NCBI GenBank assembly: GCA_035221665.1
Contig: CM069142.1
Span: 58,280,001-58,344,000, forward strand
Origin: Okamejei kenojei
Lineage: Eukaryota
Length of the DNA stretch: 64,000 nucleotides
Reading direction: 5' to 3'
The notes under the pieces are model-generated. The model was not told the DNA's origin, did no database searches, and worked only from the letters and a program-made list of their open reading frames with translations. Each line of letters begins with the position of its first letter. Position 1 is the first letter of the stretch. A program made the translations under genes and the position numbers. Positions 1 through 12,800 of the stretch are shown here, piece by piece.

Positions 1-458
1 AAATGAAATGAACAATGAAATGCTGACTGTTGTTCTAAAGTACAAAACTCAACGAACACAGGAAGAGGTTACCATTTTAAGATAATATAATTTCCCTCTA
101 TTTCTTTGGGAAGGAATCAGTGCATCTCCCAGTGTACCACATAAATACTCCTGGTGAATGGTGAGCAGCAGGCATTGTGGTTCGCAAGGTGAAGTGGATG
201 GGGAGTCTATTCCCCCCTCCACCCAAAAGAATTGCAAAGAGAACAGAATTATCTGTGGAGTCATTAATTTATCATTGCACGAACATGTATCTAATCAAAA
301 TTAACATATTTTAAATTCTGCTTTTTAAAGGCTTAATCTATGTATTCTCCCTCCGTAGCTCTGCTCTACTCTACTAATGATGCCCAGAATTAACATGACA
401 CTGAATTATCTGTTACTTGGTCATCATTTCTATCCTGCATGACCATCATTTGGGTCAC

Positions 459-678
459 TTAGAGCCATAGAGTCATACAGTGTTTTAACAGGCCCTTCGG
501 CCCAACTTGCCCACAACGACCAACTTGTCCCATCTACACTAGTCCCACTTGCTTGCGTTTGGCCCATATCCCTCTAAAACTGTCCTATCTAATTGTTTCT
601 TAAATGTTGGGCTAGTCCCAGCCTCAACTATCTCCTCTGGCAGCTCGTTTCATACAACCACCGCCCTATATGTGAAAA
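459..678 (-). mobile_element. CR1 LINE 3' fragment
   Basis: (catagagt)-type tail, ggcccttcggcccaac hairpin region and RT C-terminal remnant; homologous to 53445-53827. Confidence 0.75.
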
Positions 679-855
679 TATATGACCTTGTGCATCTAAA
701 TTTAAAACAAATCTCATCATTGCAGACAGCTTCTGTTGAAAGAAAAATGGAGTTACATTTCAGGTCAAATACATTTGTTTCCTTGTGAAGCTATTCTTGT
801 CCATTGGACATATTTGCCATGTTTTGTTACACAGGCACTATCTCTCAAGACTTAC

Positions 856-1110
856 TTGTTATGATTGTTCCCTGGATGCTGTGTGGCTGATCGCAAGTTC
901 TCACCGTAACAACTACTCGATATTGCACATCCAATTGTAGATCTCGAAATACTGCCTTTTTCTTATTTGTCACAAAACTTAAAATTTGAACGTCAGCTAT
1001 GAAGAGAGTGACGTTATAAACAGCTTTGGCATTTAAAGACGTTTCGAAAGAAATCGAAATTTCGCCACTTTTTACTCTGATGAAATTCACACGAATTAAC
1101 TTCACGGGTA
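856..1110 (-). CDS. 255-nt phase 1-1 exon encoding a fibronectin type III-like domain, downstream exon of the mucin gene
   Basis: Acceptor ctttcattttcag|TA CCC GTG; donor ATA ACA A|gtaagt; 85 codons. The peptide VPVKLIRVNFIRVKSGEISISFETS...YNVTL...AVFRDLQLDVQYRVVVTVRTC...IIT shows alternating beta-strand hydrophobicity and the FN3-like L-x4-Y-x-V-x-V motif. It is in frame with the giant exon (G+TA=Val). Confidence 0.8.
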
Positions 1111-1249
1111 CTGAAAATGAAAGAAATTTCATTAGTAGTAACCGACTTAATTTCTTAATTAACACGTCCATTAACAACACATCCTTGAGACATAAAAATG
1201 GTTCACTTTAATGTACCTTTGACTGTGTAGTAGCTGTAAGGAGTATAGG

Positions 1250-2203
1250 AGTGAGGATTTGAGTATAAGAGTAAAGAGGTCCTTCTGCAGTTGTACAGGG
1301 CCCTAGTGAGACCACATCTGGAGTATTGTGTGCAGTTTATGTCTCCTAATTTGAGGAAGAACATCCTTACTATTAAAGCAGTGCAGCGTAGGTTCACAAG
1401 GTTATTCCCAGGGATGGTGGGACTGTCATATGAGGAAAAATTGGAAAGACTGGGCTTGTATTCACTGGAGGATGAGAAGGCAATCTTATAGAAACATATA
1501 AAATTATAAAAGGACTGGACAAGCTAGATGCAGGAAAAATGTTCCTAATGTTGGGGGAGTCCAGAACCAGGGGCTACAGTCTAAGAATAAAGAGGAGGTC
1601 ATTTAAAACTGAGATGAGAAAAAAAATTTTCACCAAGAGAATTGGGAATTTGTGGAATTCTCTGCCACATAAGGTAGTAGAGGCCAATTTATTGGATGAA
1701 TTTAAAAGAGAGTTATGCCCCTGTCCCACTTAGGAAACCTGAACGGAAACCTCTGGAGACTTTGCGCCCCACCCAAGGTTTCCGTGCGGTTCCCGGAGGT
1801 CCCCGGAGGTTTTTGTCAATCTCCCTAATGGTCGAAAGTGGTTTCCGTTTTAAAAATCGGTAATTTTTTAGTCGAAGCCGGTTGCGATGCTAGTTGAAGG
1901 TGGTTGCCAGAGGACAAAAACCTCCGGGAACCACACGGTAACCTTGGGTGGGGCGCAAAGTCTGCAGAGGGTTCCGTTCATGTTTCCTAAGTGGGACAGG
2001 GACAAAAGATAGAGCTCTAGGGGCGAGCAGAATCAAGGGATATGGGGAGAAGGCAGGCACGGGTTACTGATTGTGGATGATCAGCCATGATCACAGTGAA
2101 TGGTAGTGCTGGCTCAAAGGGCTAAATGGTTCACTTTAATGTACCTTTGACTGTGTACCTACCTCCTACTGCACCTATTGTCTACGTTTTTATGTTTCTA
2201 TGT
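1250..2203 (+). mobile_element. 5'-truncated CR1 LINE (RT C-terminus and 3' UTR), interrupted by a MITE
   Basis: YRALVRPHLEYCVQF...YEEKLERLGLYSLE and RTRGYSLRIK...NLWNSLP peptides; (tttctatg)n-like tail. Confidence 0.9.
1716..2004. mobile_element. Non-autonomous DNA transposon (MITE), PIF/Harbinger-like
   Basis: About 85-100 bp terminal inverted repeats (tgcccctgtcccacttaggaaac... / ...gtttcctaagtgggacagggaca), inserted after TTA in the CR1 sequence gagagtta^gatagagc; the right-hand TSD is degenerate (aaa). Confidence 0.8.
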
Positions 2204-2349
2204 AAGCAAAAATGACAGACATTGGGCTGCCCACATATAAATTCTGTAAACAAAATATGCATTGAAATTGCTGGTTTGATTAATGAACATATATTGTTTA
2301 AGGCCTCATGAGAACTCCAGAGTCAACCACTATAATATTCATTATTGAG

Positions 2350-2441
2350 AACACGATGTGCTGGTGCAACTCAGGGGTCAGGCAGCATCTCTGGAAGGCA
2401 TGAATAGGCGATGTTTCATGCCAGGGCCCCTGCTCAGACTC
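2350..2441. mobile_element. Short Penelope-like/SINE-like repeat fragment (gtgctgg...caggcagcatctctgga family)
   Basis: Homologous to the copies at 52110, 53120, 57310 and 59780. Confidence 0.6.
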
Positions 2442-2474
2442 AATGTTCTCATTTGCTTTGCTGCATGTCAATTG

Positions 2475-2536
2475 AGCATCAGTCTAACACCTCATCTAAT
2501 GGATCAGCATCAGTCTAACACCTCATCTAATGGATC
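2475..2536. repeat. Perfect 31-bp tandem duplication
   Basis: agcatcagtctaacacctcatctaatggatc x2. Confidence 0.95.
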
Positions 2537-2649
2537 GTGCTTGTTGCTATGCTGAATGCTTAGAAGGGAAAGTGATTGAATTATTGTTATGCCCAAACTC
2601 TAGAGTCAGTGCATAAATGGACAACCTTATATACTTTGATTGTCATAAG

Positions 2650-2955
2650 GGATGGTACCGCAAGGAATTTGAAATTTTAAGGAGCGAATTGGAAAAGTTT
2701 TCAAAATATTAAGGCAAAATGGTATGGATAAACCAGAATTATTTTGCAATCTTTAGACTGTTGAGAGCTCGGGGCATAGTTTAAAATTAACACCATGGTC
2801 TTTGGGACTGTAATTGGAAAATACTTCCACGAAGGGTAGGTAGAAGTTTAAAACTTTCTTCTGTAAGTGGAGTTTGATGCCAGTACAATCGTAAATTTAA
2901 ACATGGATGATGTATTTTGTGATACAAAATTATCAAGGATTAAGATGGATTGCTT
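2650..2955 (+). mobile_element. Old, degenerate CR1 3' fragment
   Basis: Residual similarity to the CR1 RT C-terminal coding region (gggcatagtttaaaatta...gaagggtaggtagaagttt...atcaaggattaag). Confidence 0.45.
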
Positions 2956-3066
2956 CATCAGATCTAAGAAAAAGAGAACCCGGTGAAAGCGAGGAGACCA
3001 GAAACGTTAACTGGTTCTCTATCCGTAGATACTGCCTCAACTGTTTTGCCAACATTTTCTGTATTT

Positions 3067-3219
3067 NNNNNNNNNNNNNNNNNNNNNNNNNNNNNNNNNN
3101 NNNNNNNNNNNNNNNNNNNNNNNNNNNNNNNNNNNNNNNNNNNNNNNNNNNNNNNNNNNNNNNNNNNNNNNNNNNNNNNNNNNNNNNNNNNNNNNNNNNN
3201 NNNNNNNNNNNNNNNNNNN
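3067..3219. other. Assembly gap (153 N)
   Basis: Run of N. Confidence 1.
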
Positions 3220-3323
3220 AATATAAAATATATTGATAATATATAGTTATATATATATTTATCAACCTATTATCAATATATTTTATATTTTGTCAATTTG
3301 TCAATTTTTGGCAATATTGATAA

Positions 3324-3409
<86 letters not shown>

Positions 3410-3462
3410 GCAACATATTATCAGTATATTTTATATTTTGTCAACATATATTGATAAAAATA
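3220..3462. repeat. (TA)n microsatellite / AT-rich low-complexity tract
   Basis: Long (ta)n runs at 3332-3405 next to the gap. Confidence 0.95.
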
Positions 3463-3476
3463 AATACAGAAAATGC

Positions 3477-3548
3477 TTCGGCACGGACTGGAAGGGCCGA
3501 GAGGGCCTGTCTCCGTGCTGTAATTGTTATATGGTTATATATGGTTAA
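3477..3548 (+). mobile_element. Extreme 3' end of a CR1 (same family as 50325-52085)
   Basis: gcacggactggaagggccgagagggcctgtctccgtgctgtaattgttatatggttatat is the reverse complement of the tail at 50325-50388. Confidence 0.8.
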
Positions 3549-3833
3549 ATGACTACCCTCTTAGACCACATGCAAGAAATGAATGTTGTCAGCTTGAAAA
3601 ACAAGTCAGGCAGTATCTATATACAAGATCGACACAAAATGCTGGAGTAACTCAGATGGTCAGACAGCGTCGACACCTGAAGAAACAGTTCCTTCCTACA
3701 CTGCATCTATATACACATATTTACTGTACAAAGAACTATATATGTGTGTGCATGTGTGTGTGCTTCAAATTGCATTCTTTGCAAGTAAAGGATGTTTGCT
3801 CAGGTGTTTTAAATGAAAAATGGTATTGAAATT

Positions 3834-3842
3834 ACTTACCAC
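3834..3842 (-). promoter_or_regulatory. 5' splice donor of the giant exon
   Basis: GTG|GTAAGT consensus exactly at the end of the coding composition. Confidence 0.85.
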
Positions 3843-6800
3843 AGGATGGATCAGGCATAGATTCGGTGGAGTCTGGTCGAATAGCTGGAATAGTTGTGGT
3901 AATTATCACTGGTTTGGTGGTAGTGGTTTGGTTGGTGACCTTGCCTCGTATGGCGGTAATGATTGGTTTGTTGGCTGTGGTTGAAGTGACGGTTATGGTG
4001 GTGATGGTTGGTGTGGTGGTCGTGATTGGTGCGATTGTTGCAGAAGTTCTTGGTGTGTTGGTTGTGGAGGAATTGGATGAAGCAATGATTGTGGCAGTGG
4101 TAGTCGTGATGGCTGTAGTGGAAGTGGTAGGTCTGATGGTTGTGGAGGTAGTTGTAGGTCTGATGGTTGTCGTAACTGAGGATGTTCTGGTATTTGGTGT
4201 GGCAGCACTGGTGGTTGCGATTAGTGTGGTCCTTGTGGGTTGTGAGTTTGCTGTAGTAGCTGTAACCGGAGTGGTTTTGTGGGTAATCCTCGATGAGGTT
4301 GGTCTTTTGATTGTCATTGCCATTGTACGTGGTGAGGTAAATGTGCTTGGTATGGCGCTTGCTGTGGTAGCAATTGTGAATGAGTTTGGTATGCTTGATG
4401 AAGTTAACGTTAAGGTTGGTGTGGGAGTAGTCCTTGGTGTGAATGAAGAGTTGCTTGTGGTAAAAGTGGATGGTATATTGATTGGTTTTTGGGATGTGAT
4501 TACAGTTGGAGAAGTTTGTGGTGTAGCCTCAGTCAGAGTTGTTTGGGATATGACCTGTTTGGTAAATGTTTGGGTTGTGTTCTCTCCTGTTCCAGCTTGT
4601 GACGTCATCACTCCTGCAGTAGATTGGGATATGGTCTCTCTTGTTGTACTTTGGGGCTTGATCTTTCCTGCAGTAGTTTGGAATGTGGATTCTTCTTCAG
4701 AACTTTGGGAAATTATTTTTCCTGTTGTAGGTAGGGACATAATCTCTCCTTCAGTAGTTAAGGATGTTATCTCTCCTGCAGTAGAGAGGAACATGATTTC
4801 TCCTGTGGTCGTTGTTGACGTAGACTCTCTTGCAGTACTTTGGTTTGCCGTCTCTCCTGTTGTTCTTCGGGACATTGGCTTTTCCGTCGTAGATTGGGAC
4901 ATTATCGCTCCGGCAGTAGTTTGAGCCATGGTCCATTGTGCAGTAGTTTGAAATGTGGTCTCTCCTGCAGTAGTTAGGGATATGATCCCTTCTATGGTAG
5001 TTTGGGATCTGTTGTCCACTACAACAGTTTGGGAGGAGGATTTGCTTTCAGTACTTTGGGTTATGACTTTTCCTGTTGTACTTTGGGACATGGTGTCTCC
5101 TTTACTAGTTTGGGCTCTGGTCGCTCCTTTAGTAGTTTGGGACATGATCTCTCTCGCAGTGGTTTGGGATGATGTCTGTCCTGTTGTAGGGTGGGATGTG
5201 GTCTCTCCTGCAGACGTTTGGGAGGTGATTTCATTTTCAGTACTTTGGGACATGATTTTTTCTGTTGTAGATTGGGACATGGTCTCTCCTTCAGTAATTA
5301 GGGATGTGGTCTCGCCTGCAGTACTTTGGGACCTGATCTCTACAATGGTAGTTTTTGACATAATCTCTCCTGTAGTCATTTGGAACATTGTCTCTCCTGT
5401 TGTAGTTTGGGTCATCATCTCACCTGTTGCAGTTTGGGACATTGTCCTTCCTGTCGTACTCTGGGATATGGTTTCTCTTTCAGAAGTATTGGGTGTGGTC
5501 TCTCCTGTTGTACTTTGGGACAAAGACTCTCCTACTGTAGTTTGAGACATCATCTCTCCTGCAGTAGTTTGGGCTGTGGTGTCACCTGTTGCAGTTTGGA
5601 ACATTGTTTCTCCTGTAGTAGTTTCAGTTGTGATCTCTCCTGCAGTTGTTTGCGATGTTGTCTCTACTGTAATAGATTGAGACATCATATCTCCTGTTGG
5701 ACTCTGGGACATGGCCTCTCCTGCAATAATTTGGGACGTGGTCTCTCCTGTGGTAGTTGTGGACGTGGATTCTACGTCAGTACTTTGGGAAATTCTTTTT
5801 CCATTTGTAGATTGGGACATGATCACTCCTTCAGTAGTTAGGAATGTGGTCTCTCCTACAGTAGTTTGGGCCGTGGACTCCCCTGTGGTAGTTTTTAATG
5901 TTGTCTCTCCTTCTTGAGTTTGGGCTGTGGTTTCTCCGGCAGTAGTTTGGGCTGTGGTCTTTGTTGCAGTAGTTTGGGACACCATGCGCCCTGTTGTAGT
6001 TTGGGACATAGTCTCATCTGTGATCGTTTGGGATGTTGTCTCTCCTTCAGTAGTTTGGGACACAATCTTTCCATCAGTAGTTTGGGACGATGTTTGTCCT
6101 GTTGTATGCTGTGATGTGATCTTTCCTTCAGTACTTAGAGATGTTGTCTCCACTGTAGTACTTTGGGCCTTGGTCACTTCAGCAGTAGTTTGGGATGTTG
6201 TCTCTTCTCCAGTAGCTTGGGCCGTAGTCTCTCCTGCAACAGTTCTGCGTGTGGTCTCTCCTGGAATAGATTGAGACATTGTATCTCCTGTTGTACTCTG
6301 GGACATGGTCTCTCCTGCAATAGTTTGGACTGTAGTCTTTCCTATTATACTTTGGGAAATCATCTGCCCTGCAGTAGTTTGGGATGAGATCCCCACTGCA
6401 GTAATTTGAGCTGTCGTCTCAACTATTGCAGTTTGGGATATTGTCTCTCCTGTAGTAGTTTCAGATGTGATCTCTCCTGCAGTAATTTGGGATGTGGTCT
6501 CGACTGTAGTAGATTGGGACATGGACTCTCCTGTTGCAGTTTGTGACATGGTCTGTTCTGCAGTAGTTTGCGATATTGTCTCTCCTTCAGTAGTTTGGGA
6601 TATGATTTCTCCTGCAGAAGTTTGGGATGATATCTGTCCTGTTGTACGTTGGGATGTGATTCCTCCTTCAGTAGCTAGGGATGTGGCTTCTCCTGCAGTA
6701 AAATGGGATGTTGACTCTTCTGCATTACTTCGGTCTGTGGTCACTCCTGCAGTAGTTTTGGATGTTGAATCTCCTGCATTAACTTGGGCCATAGTCTCTC

Positions 6801-9800
6801 CTGAAATAGTTTGGGTCAAAGCCTCTCCTGTAGTAGATTGAGACATCGTATCTCCTGTTGTACTCTGGGACACGGTCTCTCCTGCAATAATTTGGGACGT
6901 GGTCTCTCCTATGGTAGTTGTGGACATGGATTCTTCTTCAGTACTTTGAGAAATCATTTGTCCTGTTGTAGATTGGGACATGATCACTCCTTCAGTAGTT
7001 AGGAATGTGGTATCTCTTGCAGTAATTTGGGCCGTGGTCTCCCCTGTAGTAGTTTTTACCATTGTCGCTCCTTCTTGAATTTGGGCTGTGGTCTCTCCGG
7101 CAGTAGTTTGAGCTGTGGTCTCTGCTACAGAGGTTTGGTACATCATCCGCCCTGTTGTAGTTTGGGACATAGTATCTTCTGTCAGAGGTTGGGATGTTGT
7201 CTCTCCTTCAGTAGTTTGGGACACGATCTCTCCTGCAGTAGTTTGGGACGATGTTTGTTCTGTTGTGTGTTGGGATGAGATCTCTCCAGCAGTAGTTTGG
7301 GATGTTATCCTTCCTCCTGTAGTTTGGGCCGTAGTCTCTCCTGCAATAGTTCTGAACGTGGTCTCTCCAGTAACAGATTGAGACATTGTATCCCCTGTTG
7401 TACTCTGGGACGAGATCGCCACTGCAGTAGTTTGGGACGAGATCTCCACTGCAGTAGTTTGGGCCGTCATCTCAACTGTTGCGGTTTGGGACGTTATCTC
7501 TCCTGTAGTAGTTTCAGATATGATCGCTCCTGCAGTAATTTGCGATGTAGTCTCTACTGTAGTAAATTGGGACATGGACACTCCTGTTGCAGTTTGTGAC
7601 ATGGTCTGTTCAGCAGTAGTTTGGGATGTTATCTCTCCGTCACCAGTTTGGGACAATGTCTGACCTGCTGGACGTTGGAATGTGGTCTCTCGTTCAGTAG
7701 TTAGGGATGTGATTTCTCTTTCATTAGTAGTTTGGGACATGGTTTCTTCTGCAGTAGTTTGGGACATGATCTCTTCTGCAGAGGTTTGGGACATTGTCTC
7801 TCCTGCATTAGTTCCGGATGTCATCTCTCCTGTAGTAACTTGGAATGTTGTGGATGAGGTCACTGCTGGAGTAGATTGTGACCTTGTCTCCCCCACTGTA
7901 ATCTGGGACATGGTCTCTCCTGCAGTAGTTTGGACCAATATCTCCCTTGTTGTACTTTGGGACAGAGTCTCGCCTGTTATACTTTGGGTCATCATCTCTC
8001 CTACAGTAGTTTGGGATGAGATCTCTCCTGCAGTAGTTTGTGCCGTGGTCACTCCTGTAATATTGTGGAAAATTGTCTCTCCTGTAGTAGTTTCGGATGT
8101 CATCTCTCCTGTAGTAACTTGGAATGTTGTCTCTATTGCAGTACTTTGGGTTGTGGTCGCTGCTGGGGTAGTTTGGAGTGTTGTCTCTCCTCCAGTAGCT
8201 TGGGCCATAGTTTCTCCTGCAATAGTTCTGGATGATGTCTCTGCTATAGTGGATTGTGACATTGCCTCTCCCACCAAATTTTTGGACACGGTCTCTCCTG
8301 CAGTAGTTTGCACTGTAGTCTCTCTTGTTGTACTTTGGGACAGAGTCTCGCCTGTTGTACTTTGGGGCATCAAATCTCCTGCAGTAGTTTGTGACGAGGT
8401 CTCTACTGCAGTAGTTTGGAACATTGTCTCTCCTGTAGTAGTTTTGGATGTGATCACTCCTGCAGTAATTTGAGATGTTGTCTCTACTCCAGTAGCTTGG
8501 GCTGTAGTCTCAAGTGCAATAATTTGGGACGTGGTCTCTCCTGCAGTAGTTTGGACACTGGTCTCTCCTGTTACACTCTGAGACATAGTCTCGCCTGTTG
8601 TACTTTGGGAAATCAACATCCCTGTAGTAGTTTGGGACAAGATCTCCACTGCAGTAGTTTGGGTCGTCGTCTCAACTTTTGCAGTTTGGGACATTGTCTC
8701 TCCTGTAGTAGTTTCAGATGTGATCTCTCCTGCAGTAATTTGGGATGTGGTCCCTACTGTAATAGATTGGGACATGGACTCTCCAGTTGCAGTTTGTGAC
8801 ATGGTCTGTTCTGCAGTAGTTTGGGATGTTGTCTCTCCTTCAGATGTTTGGGACATGATTTCTCCTGCAGTAGTTTGGGATGATGTCTGTCCTGTTGTAT
8901 GTTGAGATGTGTTCTCCCCTTCAGTAGTTAGGGATGTGGTTTCTCCTGCAGTAGTTTGAGACATGGTTTCTTCTACAGTAGTTTGGGAAATGATCTCTCC
9001 TCCAGTAGTTTGGGACATTGCCTCTCCTGTAGTAGTTTCAGATGTCATCTCTCCTGTGATAATTTGGAATGTTGTCTCTTGGGCAGTACCTTGGGTTGTG
9101 GACACTCCTGCAGTAGTTTGCAATGTTGTCTCTCCACCAGTAGCTTGGGCCATTGTGTCTCCTGCAATAGTTGTGGACAAGATCTCTGCTGTAGTGGATT
9201 GTGACCTTGTCTCTCCCGCAGTACTCAGGGACATGGTCTCTCCTGCAGTAGTTTGGAACATTGTCTCTCCTGTTGTCTTTTCAGTTGTCATCCCTCCTGT
9301 AGTAACTTGGAATGTTGTCTCTATTGCAGTACTTTGCGTTGTGGTCACTCCTGCAGTAGTTTGCAATGTTGTCTCTCCTCCAGTAGATGAGGTCTCTGCT
9401 GTAATGGATTGCGACATTGTCTCACCCAGTGTACTCTGGGACATGGTCTCTCTTGTAGTAGTTTGGACTGTTATCTTTCTTGTTGTACTTTGGGACAGAG
9501 TCTCGCCTGTTGTACTTTGGGGCATCAAGTCTCCTGGACTAGTTTGTGACAAGGTCTCTACTGCAGTAGTTTGGGACATTGTCTTTCCTGTAGTAATTTT
9601 GGATATGATCGCTTCTGCAGTGGTTTGAGATGATGTCTCTCCTCCAGTAGCTTGGGCCGTCATCTCATGTGTAATCATTTGGGACATGGTCTCTCCTGCA
9701 GTAGTTTGGACAGTAGTCACTCCTGATATACTCTGGAATATAGTCTCTCCTGTTGTACTTTGGGACATCATCTCCCCTGCAGTAGTTTGGGATGTTGGCT

Positions 9801-12800
9801 CTACTGTAATAGATTGGGACATGGTGTCTCTTGTTACTGTTTCTGAAATGGTCTGATCTGCGGTAGTTTGAAATGAGGTCACACCTTCCATTGTTTGAGA
9901 TGTTGTCTCTCCTCCAGTAGCTTGGCCTGTAGTCTCTCCTGCAATAGTTTGGGATGTGGTCTCTCCTTTTGCACTTTCGGACATGGTCCCTCCGGTTGTA
10001 GTTTGGGACATGGTCTGTTCTGCAGTAGTTTGTGGTGTGGTCACTACTGAACTAGATTGGGACATCGTCTCTCCTGTAGTAAATTGAGTCATTGTCTCTC
10101 CTGCTGTTTTCTGGGACATGGTCTCTCCTGCAGTAGTTTGGGACACGGTCTCTCCTATGGTAGTTTTGGACATGATTTCATCTTCAGTACTTTGGGAAAT
10201 GACTTTTCCTGTTATGGATTGGGACATGGTCTCTACTTCAATAGTTTGTGATGCAGTCTCTTCTGCCGTAGTTTGAGACATGATCTCTCCTGTGGTAGTT
10301 TTGATCGTTGTCTCTCCTGCAGAAGTTTGCGCGGTGTTCTCTGCGGCAGTAGTTTCAGCCGTTGTCGCTCCTGCAGTATTTTGGGATATCATCTGTCCTG
10401 TTGTAGTTTGAGACAAGCTCTCTTCTGTGATTGTTCGGGATGTTTTCGATCCTTCAGTAGTTTGGGATATGATCTCTCCTGCGGTAGTTTGGGACGATGT
10501 CTGTCCTGTTGTATGTTGGGATGAGGTCTCTCCTTCTGTGGTTATGAAAGTGATTTCTTCTGCAGGAGTTTGGGACATTGTCTCTCCTGTAGTAGAATGG
10601 GCCATGCTCTTTCCTGCATTAATTCTGGACGTGTTCTCTTCTATAGTTGTTTGAGACGTTGTCTTTCCCGCCGTTCCCTTGGACATGGTCTTCCCTGCAG
10701 TAATTTGCACTGTAGTTTCTCTTGATGTACTTTGGGACTGAGTCTCCACTGTTGTACTTTTGGACATCAATTCTACTGCAATAGTTTGGGAGGTGGTCTC
10801 ACCTGTGGCAATTTGGGACATTGTCTCTCCTGTAGTAGTTTCAGATGTGATCTCTGGTGCAGTATTTTGGGATGCGGTGTCTACTGTAGTAGATTGGGAC
10901 ATGGTCTCTCCTGTTGTAGTTTGGAATGTGATCTCTTCAGTAGAAGATTGGAACACAGACTGTTCTGCAGGAGGTTGGGATGTTGTCACTACTGAACTAG
11001 TTTGGGACATTATCTCTGCTATAGTAATTTCAGATGTCAGCTCTCCTGTAGTAGCTTGGGCCGTAGTCACTGATGCAATTGTTTGGTTGGTGGTCACTCC
11101 TGTGGTAGATTGAGACATCATCTCCCCTGTTGTACTCTGGGACATGATCTCTCCTGCAGTAGTTTGAGACGTGATCTCTCCTATGGTAGTTTGTGATATC
11201 ATCTGTCCTGTTATAATTTGAGACAAGTTCTCTTCTTTGATAGTTTGGGATGTTTGCACTGTAGTCTCTCTTGATGTACCTTGGGACTGAGTCTCCACTG
11301 TTGTACCTTGGGACATCATCTCTACTGCAATAGTTTGGGAGGTGGTCTCACCTGTGGCAGTTTGGGACATTGTCTCTCCTGTAGTAGTTTCATATGTGAT
11401 CTCTGGTGCAGTATTTTGGGATGTGGTCTCCACTGCTGTTGATTGGGACATGGTCTCTCCAGTTGTAGTTTGGAATGTGGTCTCTTCAGTAGAAGATTGG
11501 AACATGGTCTGTTCTGCAGGAGGTTGAGATGTTGTCACTACTGAACTAGTTTGGAACATTGTCTCTGCTGTAGTAATTTCAGATGTCAGCTCTCCTGCAG
11601 TAGCTTTGGCCATAGTCACTGGTGCAATTGTTTGGGTTGTGGTCTCTCCTGTAGTAGATTGAGACATCATCTCCCCTGTTGTACGTGGGGACATGGTATC
11701 TCCTGCAGTAGTTTGGGACGCGGTCTCTCCTATGATAGTTTTGGACGTGGTATTTTCTTCAGTACTTTGGGAAATTATTTTACCTGTTGTAGATTGGGAC
11801 ATGGTCTCTACTTCAATAATTCGTGTTGTAGTCTCTTTTGCAGTAGTTTGAGACATGATCTCTCCTGTGGTAGTTTTTAATGTTGTCTCTCCTGCAGATG
11901 TTTGGACGGCGTTCTCTGCGGCAGTAGTTTCGGCCATTGTCTCTCCTGCAGTATTTTGGGATATCGTCTGTCCTGTTGTAGTTTGAGACAAGCTCTCTTC
12001 TGTGATTGTTCGGGATGTTTTCGCTCCTTCAATAGTTTGGGAGGTATTCTCACGTGTGGAAGTTTGGGACATTGTCTCTCCTGTAGTAGTTTTAGATGTG
12101 ATCGCTGGTGCAGTATTTTGGGATGTGGTCTCAACTGTAATAGATTGGGACGTGGTCTCGCCTGTTGTAGTTTGGAATGTGATTTCTTCAGTAAAAGATT
12201 GGAACATGGTCTGTTCTGCAGGAGTTTGGGATATTGTTACTACTGAACTAGTTTGGAACATTGTCTCTGCTGCAGTAATTTCAGATGTCATCTCTCCTGT
12301 AGTAGCTTGGGCCGTAGTCACTGCTGCAATAGTTTGGTTTGCAGTCTCTCCTGTAGTAGATTGAGAAATCATCTCACCTGTTGTACTCTGCGACATGGTC
12401 TCTCCTGCAGTAGTTTGGGACGCGATCCCTCCTATGGTAATTTTAGATGTTGTATTTTCAGTGATAGTTTGGGATGTGTTTGCTCCTTCGGTAGTTTGGG
12501 ATGTGATCTCTCCTGTGTTAGTTTGCGACGATATCTGTCCTGTTGTAGGTTGGGATGTGGTCCCTCCTTCAGTAGTTGTAGGTTGAGATGTGGTCTCCAC
12601 TTCAGTAGTTACAGATGGGGTTTCTCCTGCAGGTGTTTGGGACATTGTCTCTCCTGTAGTTGTTTTGGATGTAATCTCTTCAGTAGTGGTTTGAGATGTT
12701 GTCTCTCCACCAGTTGACAGGGCTGTGCTCCCTCCTGTATTTGGTCTGAATGTGGTATCTCCTGTAGTAGATTGAGGCGTTATCTCTCCTGCTGTTCTCT

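Noticed and set aside
49-264. Possible next (SEA) exon after the FN3 exon
   Set aside because: The acceptor-like ccacag at ~253 gives, in phase 1, a peptide with no recognisable domain that stops after ~50 codons. The next exon is probably outside the window.
2907-3552. ORFs spanning the N gap and the (TA)n tract
   Set aside because: Artefacts of Ns and low-complexity sequence.
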